Source of the DNA: Squalus acanthias
Taxonomy: Eukaryota
Assembly (NCBI GenBank): GCA_030390025.1
Contig: CM059443.1
Location: 48,732,001-48,796,000, forward strand
Length of the DNA: 64,000 bases
Direction of reading: 5' to 3'
Below are positions 1 through 10,629 of this stretch, in pieces. The notes under the pieces are model-generated. The model ran no database searches. It was not told the origin of the DNA and worked only from the letters and a program-made list of their open reading frames with translations. Each line of letters begins with the position of its first letter. Within the stretch, counting starts at the first letter, position 1. The position numbers and the translations under genes were made by a program.

Positions 1-252
1 AACAACCCTCTGTGTGAAGAATTTTTTCCTAACCTGTCTCCTCACTCTCAGTGGCACTTTTGAACTGACGCCCCATGATTAAACCATGTTAAAATGGCCC
101 AGCAAGGACTGTGATGCAAGCTCATTAAACGTCCACACGAAAACAGCACTGATATCTTTCAATCCTTATATTTCTCCATTGGGATATAGATAGAAACTGA
201 TATTTCCAGATAAGAAATATGTTGCAGGTTAACGTAAAATATTAATCCTTAC

Positions 253-307
253 CTGTAGCATGTTGGAACAGAAGGAAAAGACCCACAAACAAAGCACCGA
301 GCGCCAT
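253..307 (-). CDS. Signal-peptide (leader) exon of the next receptor copy, whose body lies left of the window
   Basis: ATG at 307 reads MALGALFVGLFLLFQHAT-G, then phase-1 donor GTAAGG. Acceptor ttttctctcacag puts the exon start at 363. Identical to the leader at 40715-40769. Confidence 0.85.
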
Positions 308-429
308 TTCACATTCCTAGCTGGTTCGGAAGCTGGGTGGCTGTTTCACCATCACACTCTGATCTGTGAGAGAAAATGAGAAGTGCAACCTTTAGAGGTG
401 GTGAAAGAGAAAATCATCTTCCTGTTTGA

Positions 430-925
430 TCAGCTCAACTACAACAACAACGACAACTTGCATTTATATAGCCCCTTTAATGTAGTAAAACATCCCAAGG
501 TGCTTCACAGGAGTGTTACAAAACAAAATTTGACACCGGACCACATTAGGGCAGATGACCAAAAGCTTGGTCAAAGAGTTTTGAGGAGCGTCTTGAAGCA
601 GAAAAGAGAGTTAGAGAGGTGAAGAGGTTTAGGCAGGGAATTCCAGAGCTTAGGGCCTCGGCAGCTGAAGGCACGGCCACCGATGGTTGAGCGATTGAAA
701 TCGGGGATGCTCAAGAGGGCAGAATTAGAGGAGCGCAGTTATCTCGGAGGGTTGTGGGGCTGTGGGTGATTACAGAGATAGGGAGGGGTGATGCTATGGA
801 CGGACTTGATAACAAGAATGAGAATTTTAAAATCCAGGCGTTAATTAACCGGGAGCCAATGTAGGTCAGGTTGATTTGTGAACGGGACTTGGTGCGAGTT
901 AGGACATGGGCAGCAGAGTTATGAT
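430..925 (-). mobile_element. Degenerate L2-like LINE 3' fragment (duplicated at ~40900-41390)
   Basis: Tail motif caacttgcatttatatagc...gcttcacag shared with the local SINE tails; boundaries approximate. Confidence 0.45.
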
Positions 926-1664
926 GACTCAGATGATATGTGTGCACTGACATTGTATTAATGGGCCTGAGGACAGCGATTGGGCTGTTCGTTCAACCCT
1001 CCAACCACAGAAAGGACTGGAGAGGTGAGACGCTCTGAAATACAAAGTGTATACTATGAGCGTGCCACTGTGTACCACAGTGATAGTGAGTAACACACTC
1101 GGCAGCCGTGTCATTTTCTACTGCCCACATAGAACAACACCCAGTGCAGGAAAGATTGTGAAACGCTTACTGAGACATAGAAGGAAGTTTTACATTAACC
1201 CACCCACCGGGAAAGTGACAGGATCGGGTGCAACACTGGTTTTACATCTCGCCCAATTGTACCCTCCATTGAGGTCTGTGTAGAGTAATATTGGGCAGGG
1301 TGTAAATGTGGCATTATACTGTGGGGCTCCCCCCGCACCCCCCTGCCCCGTTAACTTAAAATGACCCTCAGCTGCTCACCATACATGAAGCATTTGTTCC
1401 GTAAGATAAGTGAATCTGGGTGTAAGCTCTAGTTCCTGAAACTATGGAAACAGAATTTAATTGGACAGGATCAAAGTGGGTTCACTGGTCACTTTGGGGG
1501 TCAGCGAGCAATAGCAGACAGAAAGTTTCCCTGTACTGTAGTCCTGGCCGCAGGAGATTAGATACATTTGCTAAGATAGAGCAACTTGTACACAGTCTGA
1601 GAAGGGGGATGAAGAAAGAAAAGAAGAAAGAAAGCTAGAAAGAAAGATAGAAAGACAGGCAGAC

Positions 1665-1995
1665 AGCCTTGCATTTATAACACGGCATTCATGACCTCAG
1701 GGCGTCTCAAAACGCTTTACAGCCAATTATTTACTTTTTGAAGTGCAGTCACTGTTGTAATGTGGGAAACACGGCAGCCAATATGCACACAGCAAGCTCC
1801 CACAAACAGCAATGTGATAATGACCAGACCAACTGTTTTTAGTGATGCTGATTGAAATAACTGCTGGCCAGGACACCGGGGAGAACTCCCTTGCTCTTCT
1901 TTGAAATAGCGCAGTGGGATCTTTCGCACCCACCTGAGCGGGCAGACGGGGCCTCGGTTTCACGTCTCATCCGAAAGATGGCACCTCAAACAGTG
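1665..1995 (-). mobile_element. Deu-domain SINE fragment (SacSINE1-like); duplicated at ~42135-42460
   Basis: Reverse complement of the full copy at 35521-35993 (gcagacggggcctcggtttcacgtctcatccgaaag). Confidence 0.7.
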
Positions 1996-2579
1996 AAGGA
2001 GGCCATTCAGCCCATCGTGCCTGTGGGTAGAAAGAGCTATCCAATTAGACCTAGTCCCCTGCTCTTTCCCCGTAGCCCTGCAAATTTGAAATAAGGTTCC
2101 CACCTATTTCTAGTGGGAGTGCTGGAGGCCATTTTGCTGCCCATCGAGAATTGAGTTGGGCAGACTTCAGGAATCCATTGGGTGGGAGATGGTTTTTCAT
2201 CTTCATCTGATTTGCAGTGGGAACAGAGTGGTATGTGGATGGAAATCACCTCCTGGTGTCTAAAGTGAAGGTTATGTTCCGGAACAACGGTCATAAGGAG
2301 AGCGAGGCCGGCCTGCGAGTGACGCGACAGCGGGGCCACAGATCCACCTACTCCTGCTCCTATTTCTTATGTTCTTATGTCAGTAATCGGTTAGTGATGG
2401 CCGAATGCACTTCCTGTCTGAGCGCAAAGGTAACGGAATGTGCTTCCTGTCCTGGATCAAAGGTCAGCAAAGGGTCGGGTCGGGAATAAAATAGCAACTC
2501 ATGATTTGTATAACAAATCTCATGATTTTTAAGAGTTTGTCTCCTGATTTATGAGACGGTGGGGTTGGCATTGCTGCTC

Positions 2580-2940
2580 ACACCCACTTCTACACCAACA
2601 AGCTGTAAATAGCTGAGCCTTTTAGACTTGCTTTACTGCCACTCATCAGTTAGAATTTCTAATCATCACACACTTCCTGCCACTTTCGTACTGAGTTCAT
2701 TTGGAATCACTTCACACCAGTCCTTGTGTGTGGTGTTCATATTGTAAATAACACCCATTGTTCCAGAGTTAGGTGCTGAAGCCTAGGGCTGGACAATGAG
2801 CCAAATGCCAGGGTTATGAGGGTAAATTCACTGACTCTATCCCCTCCCCGCACCCCGCCAGCAGTGAGCTCTGCTTGAAGGAGACACAATCTATCAGAGG
2901 GCCACAGTGCTAACCCCTGACCCCTGTTTGAGCATGGCTG
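2580..2940 (-). promoter_or_regulatory. Putative promoter/enhancer block upstream of the leader exon
   Basis: Non-repeat block retained in three copies (also ~19050-19430 and ~43035-43400), with ETS-like CACTTCCTG and RUNX-like TGTGGT motifs. Function is inferred only. Confidence 0.3.
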
Positions 2941-3307
2941 CCCACAAGGAGTGTGGGATTGGTGAATCTAGCGTGAAAGTCCTTTTATCTTACTGAGCCA
3001 TGCATTGTTTAACATTTCCAACATTAAAATATAAACTTCTAATTTCAATGTAGTTACACTGTTTTATGCTTTTCAAAATACTATTCAGAGATCGGCTGGG
3101 GGCAGACAATTTGTACCAAACTTTCCCTTACACAATCGTGAATTTCCACCTCAGCGTCCTCATAAATTGGGTTCCGCGTCCCCCTCCCACTTCCCCCTGA
3201 GTCTGATTGCAGTGTCTTCACTGAGATCAGTTCATTCATTCAATTAGTTTGGATTCCTGCTGGACAGATAACACAACTCGTTGTTTAGTTATAATTTTTA
3301 AACAGTG

Positions 3308-3313
3308 TTTATT
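3308..3313 (-). terminator. Poly(A) signal AATAAA of receptor copy A (equivalents at 22420-22425 and 43766-43771)
   Basis: AATAAA on the minus strand at the end of a conserved non-coding block (~3300-3780) found downstream of all three tails. Confidence 0.6.
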
Positions 3314-3827
3314 GAATGACTTTCAATCGCACAAGTTCCATTTTGTGTCTCACACACCAGCGATGTGTTGTTCTGTCTAAATAGAGTCCAAGGGGGTGAA
3401 ATTGCTCTTCACCAGTGGCGTGAAACTCAATCACGAATCGAGCGACTGTTTCATTTCATTTCCATCAAAGTCGAAACTGGCGAGGACCAATTTTGGACCC
3501 GAACGTGTAGCTGTTACATTCTTCAACTGTGGATTCCCATCGCCCACATCCCTTGTCGGTGAGAGTGGAAATCTCACGTTGAGTCTGTCTCCGTGTTTTG
3601 TGTCAGTCGTCACAAAACATCAGAACAATCTGTGAAAGCCAAGGAGCTGCCGCCAGCGGTTTAATATCATTAGCGGAACACTGGGAGAAGATTTCTCCGC
3701 ACACAATCCTGCGCTTCAAGCAGCCTCAGTGTTACAATCTGTGAAAACACACTTGCATTCAAGGGGGTTGGTTGCACACCTGCATTCTGCGTGGTTTCCC
3801 TTCCCTGAAAATTAATGAATGGATTGA

Positions 3828-4205
3828 AAGAAGAAAGCCTTGCATTTCTATAGCGCCTTTCACGGCCTCAGGACGTCCCAAAGCACTTTAAAGCAACAAA
3901 GTACTTTTTGAAGTGTAGTCACTGTTGTAATGTAGGAAAAGTGGCAGCTAATTTGCACACAGCAAGATTCCACAACAGCAATATGATAATGACCAGATAA
4001 TCTGTTCTCAGTGATGTAGGTTGATCAATAAATATTGGCCAGGACACCAGGGATAGCCCCCCTGCTCTTCTTCAAAATAGTGCCATGGGATCTTTTACGC
4101 ACACCTGAGAGAGCAGACGGGTCTCAGTTTAATGTCTATCGAAAGACGTCACCTCTGACAGTGCAGCACTCCCTCAGCACTGCACTGGAGTGTCAGCCTA
4201 GATGA
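3828..4205 (-). mobile_element. Deu-domain SINE (SacSINE1-like); duplicated at ~44290-44690
   Basis: gacagtgcagcactccctcagcactgcactggagtgtcagcctaga core plus L2-like tail. Confidence 0.75.
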
Positions 4206-5598
4206 TGTGCCATTCAAATTTCTGGATACGCATTCTGAGCTTGTCTGAGATTTCACAGCGCAAGCGTGAATCCGTAACATCATCTCTACATGGTCCCACG
4301 TTTAGCATGGCTCCCTGTATTCTACTCCAACAACGCACCTTGATCCCAGCTTCTGAAGAGCTGCCCCAACGACACCAGTGTGATTTTCTGTTTCCCATAC
4401 CAGCCATCGCTATAGCTTCCCCATCCACCCCACCCTCGCCCGACTCACACTGGGAATTGAGTGCTGTGCTGTGAGACCATGTGTGAGAACTGGGCTGGGC
4501 TGGACTGGGCCAAACACATTTCGCGTCGCTATGCTGCAAGCAGTGGAGAGAGGAGACTGTCATCCAGGCATTCTGGACTGCATTCAAAGCCAGATGCCAG
4601 AGAGAAAAAGTGAAAGGGTATCGTGCTAAAACTGGCGCCAGCTTAGCACGGACTGGCACTCTGACCCAGAGAGGTCACGAGGTCAGGTGGTGTGGGAAAA
4701 GTTGGCTCTGCACCAAACCCGTGCTGTACCAGACCTGGGCCTGCTCGACACTGACACTGGGGCCTAGAAATTGGCTCCGGGTGCAGCATACACTGCACAC
4801 ACCCAATGGGGCCAGCGGCAGGAACACAGCACATTGGACCCCCGGCCTCATTAGTTTATCAGTAGCGAGCTGCAGGCTCCAGTCACGGCCCCAGAGGCAG
4901 CTCACAGGAGGAGGGAGCAAGATTGGCCGACTGGGACCTGAGCTGATTCCGGGATGGGGGGGGGGGACAGAGGGATGAGGCAAATGGGAGGGGGGCACGC
5001 GAGCGGTGTCTGGTAGTGGCTGACGGTTTTAATGTGGGGCCGGGAGGAGAACGCCTGCTTCCTCCTGATTCACATTCAGGTCAGGATTTGTTTTAAAACT
5101 TACTCTTTTGGTGGCGGCCTCCAGCGGTCTCTTTAAGGACCCCTGGTTAGGCCTGGTGAGGCCGCGTGGAGACCTGGTCACCCTGAATTCAGCAGGCCCA
5201 AGGCCGGCAGCGTTCAGGAAAAGTCAGTCTCCGGCTTGGGTCCTAGAACAAGCAGTAGGCCCCTCATTAGCATACTCAAGGTGCCTAACGCCTGTTTCAG
5301 GCGATCGCCAGGGACGCCTCTACAGTGCCCGAACCAATAAGGCATCAGACGTGTTTCCGATGCTATTCGTGCATGGAGGGTTGGCCCCCTAAATTGGACC
5401 TCTTTTGCACCCATTATCCACCCAGAAAAACGGTGCAACGATGTCCAATTAACCCCCACCCCGGGTGTCTGCAGTGGGAAAGTGTTCAATACCCAGTGCT
5501 GACCATGATGAGTGTAAAATATATGTATTTTTTAAATCTTGTACCACTATGGGTTTAAACAAGTCATCCGTTGCCTTTCTCCTGTTACTCGATTATGC

Positions 5599-5849
5599 TC
5601 AGGTTTCCTCCATTTTAGCATAAATAGGATTTTCTTCCATTTTTAACGGGCCAGGTCGTGGATCATCTTCCTCCAGCTGGGACTGTGTCACCGCGTCTAC
5701 CGGGCAGCCTATCAAAGAATAAATCTGCTCATTGGACAAAGCAATGGGATCCTCCTTACTGTCCTCTTTGGGCTGTGATTGGCCGCCTGGTTTGAGTTCA
5801 GTAGCTGAAGAGGTTTCAACCTGCCGTCCATGGTCCGTGTGGTCTCTGC
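5599..5849 (-). CDS. Receptor A last coding exon (cytoplasmic; QIYSLI and NPIYAKM motifs)
   Basis: Acceptor aatatctag, phase 1; reads RDHTDHGRQVETSS...NEQIYSLIGCPV...MEENPIYAKMEET*. Confidence 0.75.
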
Positions 5850-6009
5850 CTAGATATTAAGAGAGGAGATCACGTTTGATGGGTTCACTTCCAGTGGGGG
5901 ACAGATATTGAAAGTGGACTGTCTCGTTACTTGAGATAAAGGTCCAGGAGCTTTAGAACAGACACAGTGTTGACTGAGAGGATTACACTGAAAGATTGCA
6001 ACGACTTAC

Positions 6010-6044
6010 ATTTTACTCCCTGGTTCTCAGTTTTGCCTCCATCA
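6010..6044 (-). CDS. Receptor A 35-nt cytoplasmic exon
   Basis: ttttcctag / GTAAGT, phase 2 to 1, DGGKTENQGVK; exactly bridges the phases of its neighbouring exons. Confidence 0.75.
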
Positions 6045-6189
6045 CTAGGAAAACAGAAAATTAAACATGTGAATAATGAGTAACATAAGATTCAAACAAT
6101 ATTAAACCGTTGTAAGTGGAGACTAGGTGAGGTCACTTTCTCCCCAGAGCCTGGATTTCAGTCCAGCCCAGACTGAAATTCTCTCATTA

Positions 6190-6985
6190 ATTTTCTCTCT
6201 CTCTGTCTCTCTCCCTCTGAGTCTCTGATTGTCTCTCCGTCTCTCTTTCTCTCTGTCTCTTTCTCTGTCTCTCTCTCTCGCTGTCTCTCTCTGCCTGTCT
6301 CCCTGTCTCTCTGTCTGTCTATCTCACTGTCTCTCTCTGTCTCTCTGTCTGTCATTCCTTCCCTGTCTCTATGTCTGCCTCTCTCCCTGATCCTCTCTCC
6401 CTGTCTCTCTCTCTTTCTCTCTCTGTGTCACTCTCTGTCTGTCTGTCTGTCTCTCTCTGCCTGTCTCCCTGTCTCTCTCTGTCTGTCTCTCACATGTCTC
6501 CCTCGCTGTCTCTCTCCATTCACTCTGTCTCAGTCTCTTTGTGTCTGTCATTCCCTCCCTGTCTCTGTGTCTGTCTCACTATGTCTCTGTCCCTGACACT
6601 CTCTCCCTGTCTCTCTCTCTTTCTCTCTCTGTGTCACTCTCTGTCTGTCTGTCTCTCTCCCTGTCTCTCTATCTTTCTCTTTCTCTGTGTTGCTCTCTCT
6701 CTGTCTCTCTCTCCCTATCTCTATCACTCTTTGTCTCCCTCTCTCTCTCTCTTTGTCTCTCTCCCTGTCTCTCTATCTTTCTCTTTCTTTGTGTTGCTCT
6801 CTCTCTGTCTCTCTCTCCCTATCTCTATCACTCTTTGTCTCCCTCTCTCTCTCTCTTTGTCTCTCTCCCTGTCTCTCTATCTTTCTCTTTCTCTGTGTTG
6901 CTCTCTCTCTGTCTCTCTCTCCCTATCTCTATCACTCTTTGTCTCCCTCTCTCTCTCTCTTTGTCTCTCTCACTGTCTTTGCTGT
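6190..6985. repeat. CT/GA-rich imperfect microsatellite (copy at ~46660-47330 contains two N gaps)
   Basis: Direct reading; accounts for the Ser/Leu-rich pseudo-ORFs. Confidence 0.95.
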
Positions 6986-7479
6986 GTGAGCAGTCCTCTC
7001 TGCAATGAGTTTTCACAGTCCCAATCCAGTTCCTTGCCTAAAACTGCACATCATTCAGTAAAATATTTGGACTAAATTGAGCATTATGGTCAGATAAGCC
7101 AAAATATTTTCCTGAGAAATTTAAAAAAAAACTTCACACGGGCACAGTGAAAGGAGCTATACTGATGTTGGGATAAAGGAGCACTATCAGGTCAGAGGTC
7201 AGAGTGCTTTACACGGCCTCTAGCCATTCTATACCTGACTTGGAACTTTTCGGTTGTGAGATTGGCTGCAAAACCTGGAAATGTTTTATGCTGGGTGGTG
7301 GAATAGATTAGTACGGCCCTTTAATATTTTAGGATCTGCCAAGTCCAAATTACTAGGAATAAAAGTCCTCTTTCTATATCTCCCTGGTCTCTATCTCTGT
7401 CTGTCTCTGTCGCACTCTCTGTCTGTCTCTGTCTCTTTCTCTCTGAGGGTCCTTGATGAAATGAGGATTGGGAGCAGTT

Positions 7480-9428
7480 TAGGATTCAGCAAAGGAGGAC
7501 AAAGGGATTAATTAAGAGGGGGAAAATAGAGAATGAGAGTAAGCTTGCAGGGAACATAAAAACTGAATGTAAAAGCTTCTATAGATACGTGAAGAGAAAA
7601 AGATTGGTGAAGTCAAGTGTAGGTCCCTTGCAGTCAGAATCAGGGGAATTTATAATGGGGAACAAAGAAATGGCAGACCAATTAAATACATACTTTGGTT
7701 CTGTCTTCACAAAGGAGGACACAAATAACCTCCCAGAGATGTCAGGGAACATAGGGTCTAATGAGAGGGAGGAACTGAAAGAAATCAGTATTTGTACGGA
7801 ACTGGTGTTAGGGAAATTGATGGGATTGAAGGCCGATAAATCCCCAGGGCCTGATAATCTACATCCGAGGGTACTTAAGGAAGTGGTCCTAGAAATAGTA
7901 GATGCATTACTGGTCATCTTCCAAAATTCTATAGACTCTGGAACAGTTCCCATGGATTGGAGGGTATCTAACGTTACCCCACTATTCAAAAAAGGTGGTA
8001 GAGAGAAAACGGGGAATTATAGACTGGTAAGCCTGACATCGGTAGTGGGGAAAATGCTAGAGTCCTTTATAAAAGATGTAATAGCAGAGCACTTGGAAAA
8101 CAGTGACAGGATCGGTCAAAGTCAACATGGATTTACAAAAGGTAAATTATGCTTGACTAATCTACTGGAATTTTTTGAGGATGTAACTGGTAAAATAGAT
8201 AAGGGAGAACCAGTGGCTGTGGTGTATTTGGACTTTCAGAAGGCTTTCAATAAGGTCCCGCATAAGAGATTAGCGTGTAAAGTTAAGGCACATGGGATTG
8301 GGGGCAGGGTACTGACTTGGATAGAGAACTGGTTGGCAGACAGGAAGCAAAGAGTTGGAATAAACGGGTCTTTTTCCGAGTGGCAGGCAGTGACTAGTGG
8401 GGTACCACAGGGATCAGTCCTAGGACCCCAGCTATTCACAATATATATTAATGATCTAGACGAGGGAACTAGATGTAATATCTCCAAGTTTGCAGATGAC
8501 ACAAAGCTGGGTGGGCGTGTGTGCTGTGAGGAGGATGCCGAGAAACTCCAGTATGATTTGGATAGGTTGGGTGATTGTACTGCATTTGCCATGCATCTGC
8601 CCAATGTGGATAAATGCGAGGTTATCCACTTTGGTGGCAAAAACAGGAAGGCAGATTATTATCTGAACGGCAATAGATTGGGAGAAGGGGAAGTGCAACG
8701 AGACCTGGGTGTCCTTGTGCACCAGTCGCTGATGGTAAGCATGCAGGTGCAGCAGGCGATTAAGAAGGCAAATGGTATGTTGTCCTTCGCAGCGAGAGGG
8801 TTCGAGTACAGGAACAAGGATGTCTTGCTGCAGTTGTACAGAGCCTTGGTGAGACCACATCTTGAGTATTGTGTGCAGTTTTGGTCGTCTTATCTGAGGA
8901 AGGATGTTCTTGCCATGGAGGGAGTGTAGCGAAGATTCACCAGACTGATACCTGGGATGGCAGGAATGACGTATGAGGAGAGATTGGGTCGATTGGGCTT
9001 ATACTCGCTGGAGTTTAGAAGAATGAGAGGGGATCTCATTGAAACTTATAAAATTCTAACAGGACTAGACAGACTAGATGCAGGAAGGATGTTCCCGATG
9101 GCCGGGGAGTCCAGAACCAGGGGTCACAGTCTAAGGATAAGGGGTAAGCCATTTAGGACAGAGATGAGGAGGAATTTCTTCACCCAGAGAGTGGTGAACC
9201 TGTGGAATTCTCTACCACAGAAGGCAGTTGAGGTCAACTCATTAAATATATTCAAGAAGGAGTTAGATATATTTCTTAAGGCTAAAGGGATTAAGGGATA
9301 TGGGGAGAAGGCAGGGACAGAGTTGTGAATTTGGATGATTTGCCATGATCTCATTGAATGGCGGAGCAGGCTCGAGGGGCCGAATGGCCTACTCCTGCTC
9401 CTATCTTCTATGATTCTATGATTCTATG
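7480..9428 (+). mobile_element. 5'-truncated CR1 LINE (RT region and 3' tail); duplicated at ~47820-49775
   Basis: [18 protein letters not shown] and FADD motifs; (ctatgatt)n tail; internal stops. Confidence 0.95.
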
Positions 9429-9780
9429 AATTTGGTCATCTCGTTCCAGTTTGTAGCTCGTGTGAGCCACAGTACAAAACTACCGCTAAATTGTCACTTT
9501 CACTCAAACAGGCCATGAGGTGTGAGAAGTGAAATGTCCGAGCTCCCTCCTGAGTTTGGAGTTGAGGAGCATTGTTGGGAAAGTCCAGAGGGAACTTTAC
9601 GCTGCACCTAATCTGGAGTGCTCCAAATGATACTGTGTGGCCACAGTGGAAAAGTAACCCATTTGCAGAGTGGGCTCCCCTTACCTTCATTACATTAACA
9701 ATCTCCGAACCCTCCATCCCAAAACAAACCCGTGGTCAGTGTTGAACGTTGCCGGGGCCGACAGCTGTCACTCTGCTTAC

Positions 9781-9967
9781 CCTTTGACCATTGACTCTTC
9801 GATCAAACAGTACACATGCTCTGTAGAGTCAGACTTTGGGCCAGTGCTCTCCATTCCTTCACCAGGCCTTGGCTGGCTCGATGGCGTTGGAACTCTCGTC
9901 ACCGAGTACGCAACATGGTCGTTGTCATCGCTCTGATCCCTTCTGGGAACCACAGAGTACGGGAAAC
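9781..9967 (-). CDS. Receptor A cytoplasmic exon with three Tyr motifs
   Basis: tctgtctag / GTAAGC, 187 nt, phase 1 to 2; FPYSVV...VAYSVT...HVYCLI. Confidence 0.8.
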
Positions 9968-10061
9968 CTAGACAGAAGGACGAGTAGACGATGTGTGCTT
10001 TTAGTTTCAACTCTCAAAGGGACAGGCTCGGAAGAGCTGGGCAGTAATTCTAGTCACTTAC

Positions 10062-10096
10062 ATTCAGCCACCTGTGTCAGCTGCACATCACCAGCC
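10062..10096 (-). CDS. Receptor A 35-nt cytoplasmic exon
   Basis: actgtag / GTAAGT, phase 2 to 1, AGDVQLTQVAE. Confidence 0.7.
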
Positions 10097-10193
10097 CTAC
10101 AGTTAGTAAAGAAAAGCAACCTGTAAATGTTCCATTAAATGTGGAAAGCTATACAGAAAGTCTGCCCGAAAACTGAACGAATCCCATCCCTAC

Positions 10194-10215
10194 CTGGGTC
10201 CTGGTGCTGAGGATC
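10194..10215 (-). CDS. Receptor A 22-nt cytoplasmic microexon
   Basis: gtgaag / GTAGGG, phase 1 to 2, GSSAPGPR; needed to keep frame and conserved in copies B and C. Confidence 0.6.
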
Positions 10216-10325
10216 CTTCACAACACATGCCATAAGATTGGAAAGATAAATTTAAAAGTCTTTGTAAGGAGTCTGCAATTACAATTTTCTAGATTTAGAG
10301 CAAACATTTTAAAGCTCTTGCTTAC

Positions 10326-10433
10326 CTTTGGCAGCTTGTCGTTTCCTTCGGATTATGCAAAGTACCCCAACAATGCAAATGATCACAACCGCACACGCTA
10401 TGGTTACTTTCACAGATGTGGCAGTGTCTGGAC
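10326..10433 (-). CDS. Receptor A transmembrane exon (uncharged core)
   Basis: ctctgcag / GTAAGC, 108 nt, phase 1-1; GPDTATSVK-VTIACAVVIICIVGVLCII-RRKRQAAK (hydrophobic run plus basic stop-transfer). Confidence 0.85.
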
Positions 10434-10507
10434 CTGCAGAGGAGAAGCAACATTAAGTTCAGTCTGTGCAATCCCGTGTTATATGTACAGCTGATCACAC
10501 TGGTTAC

Positions 10508-10540
10508 CTGGGCTGAGGAACAGACATTTCCGGTTAGAAT
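10508..10540 (-). CDS. Receptor A 33-nt linker exon
   Basis: gttccag / GTAACC, phase 1-1, NSNRKCLFLSP. Confidence 0.7.
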
Positions 10541-10629
10541 CTGGAACAGTGCAATGGCGAAGAAAGGAAATCGAACCAACTTTTAATGGGTACAAACTGG
10601 ACAACTGATCTGGAATCTATCAACTTTAA

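Noticed and set aside
3300-3740. Conserved block with short ORFs in three copies
   Set aside because: Stops and indels differ between copies and the block ends in AATAAA; best read as 3'UTR.
4198-5558. Several overlapping ORFs of roughly 60-150 aa conserved in both duplicates
   Set aside because: Conservation only reflects the recent duplication; no domain signature, and the region lies downstream of the stop codon.
5931-5950. Alternative 20-nt microexon (aaag/GTAACG)
   Set aside because: Weak acceptor; adding it to the 35-nt exon shifts the last exon out of the tyrosine-motif frame.
6158-7075. Long Ser/Leu/Cys- or Arg/Glu-rich ORFs (also 46662-47419)
   Set aside because: Translations of the CT microsatellite and N gaps.
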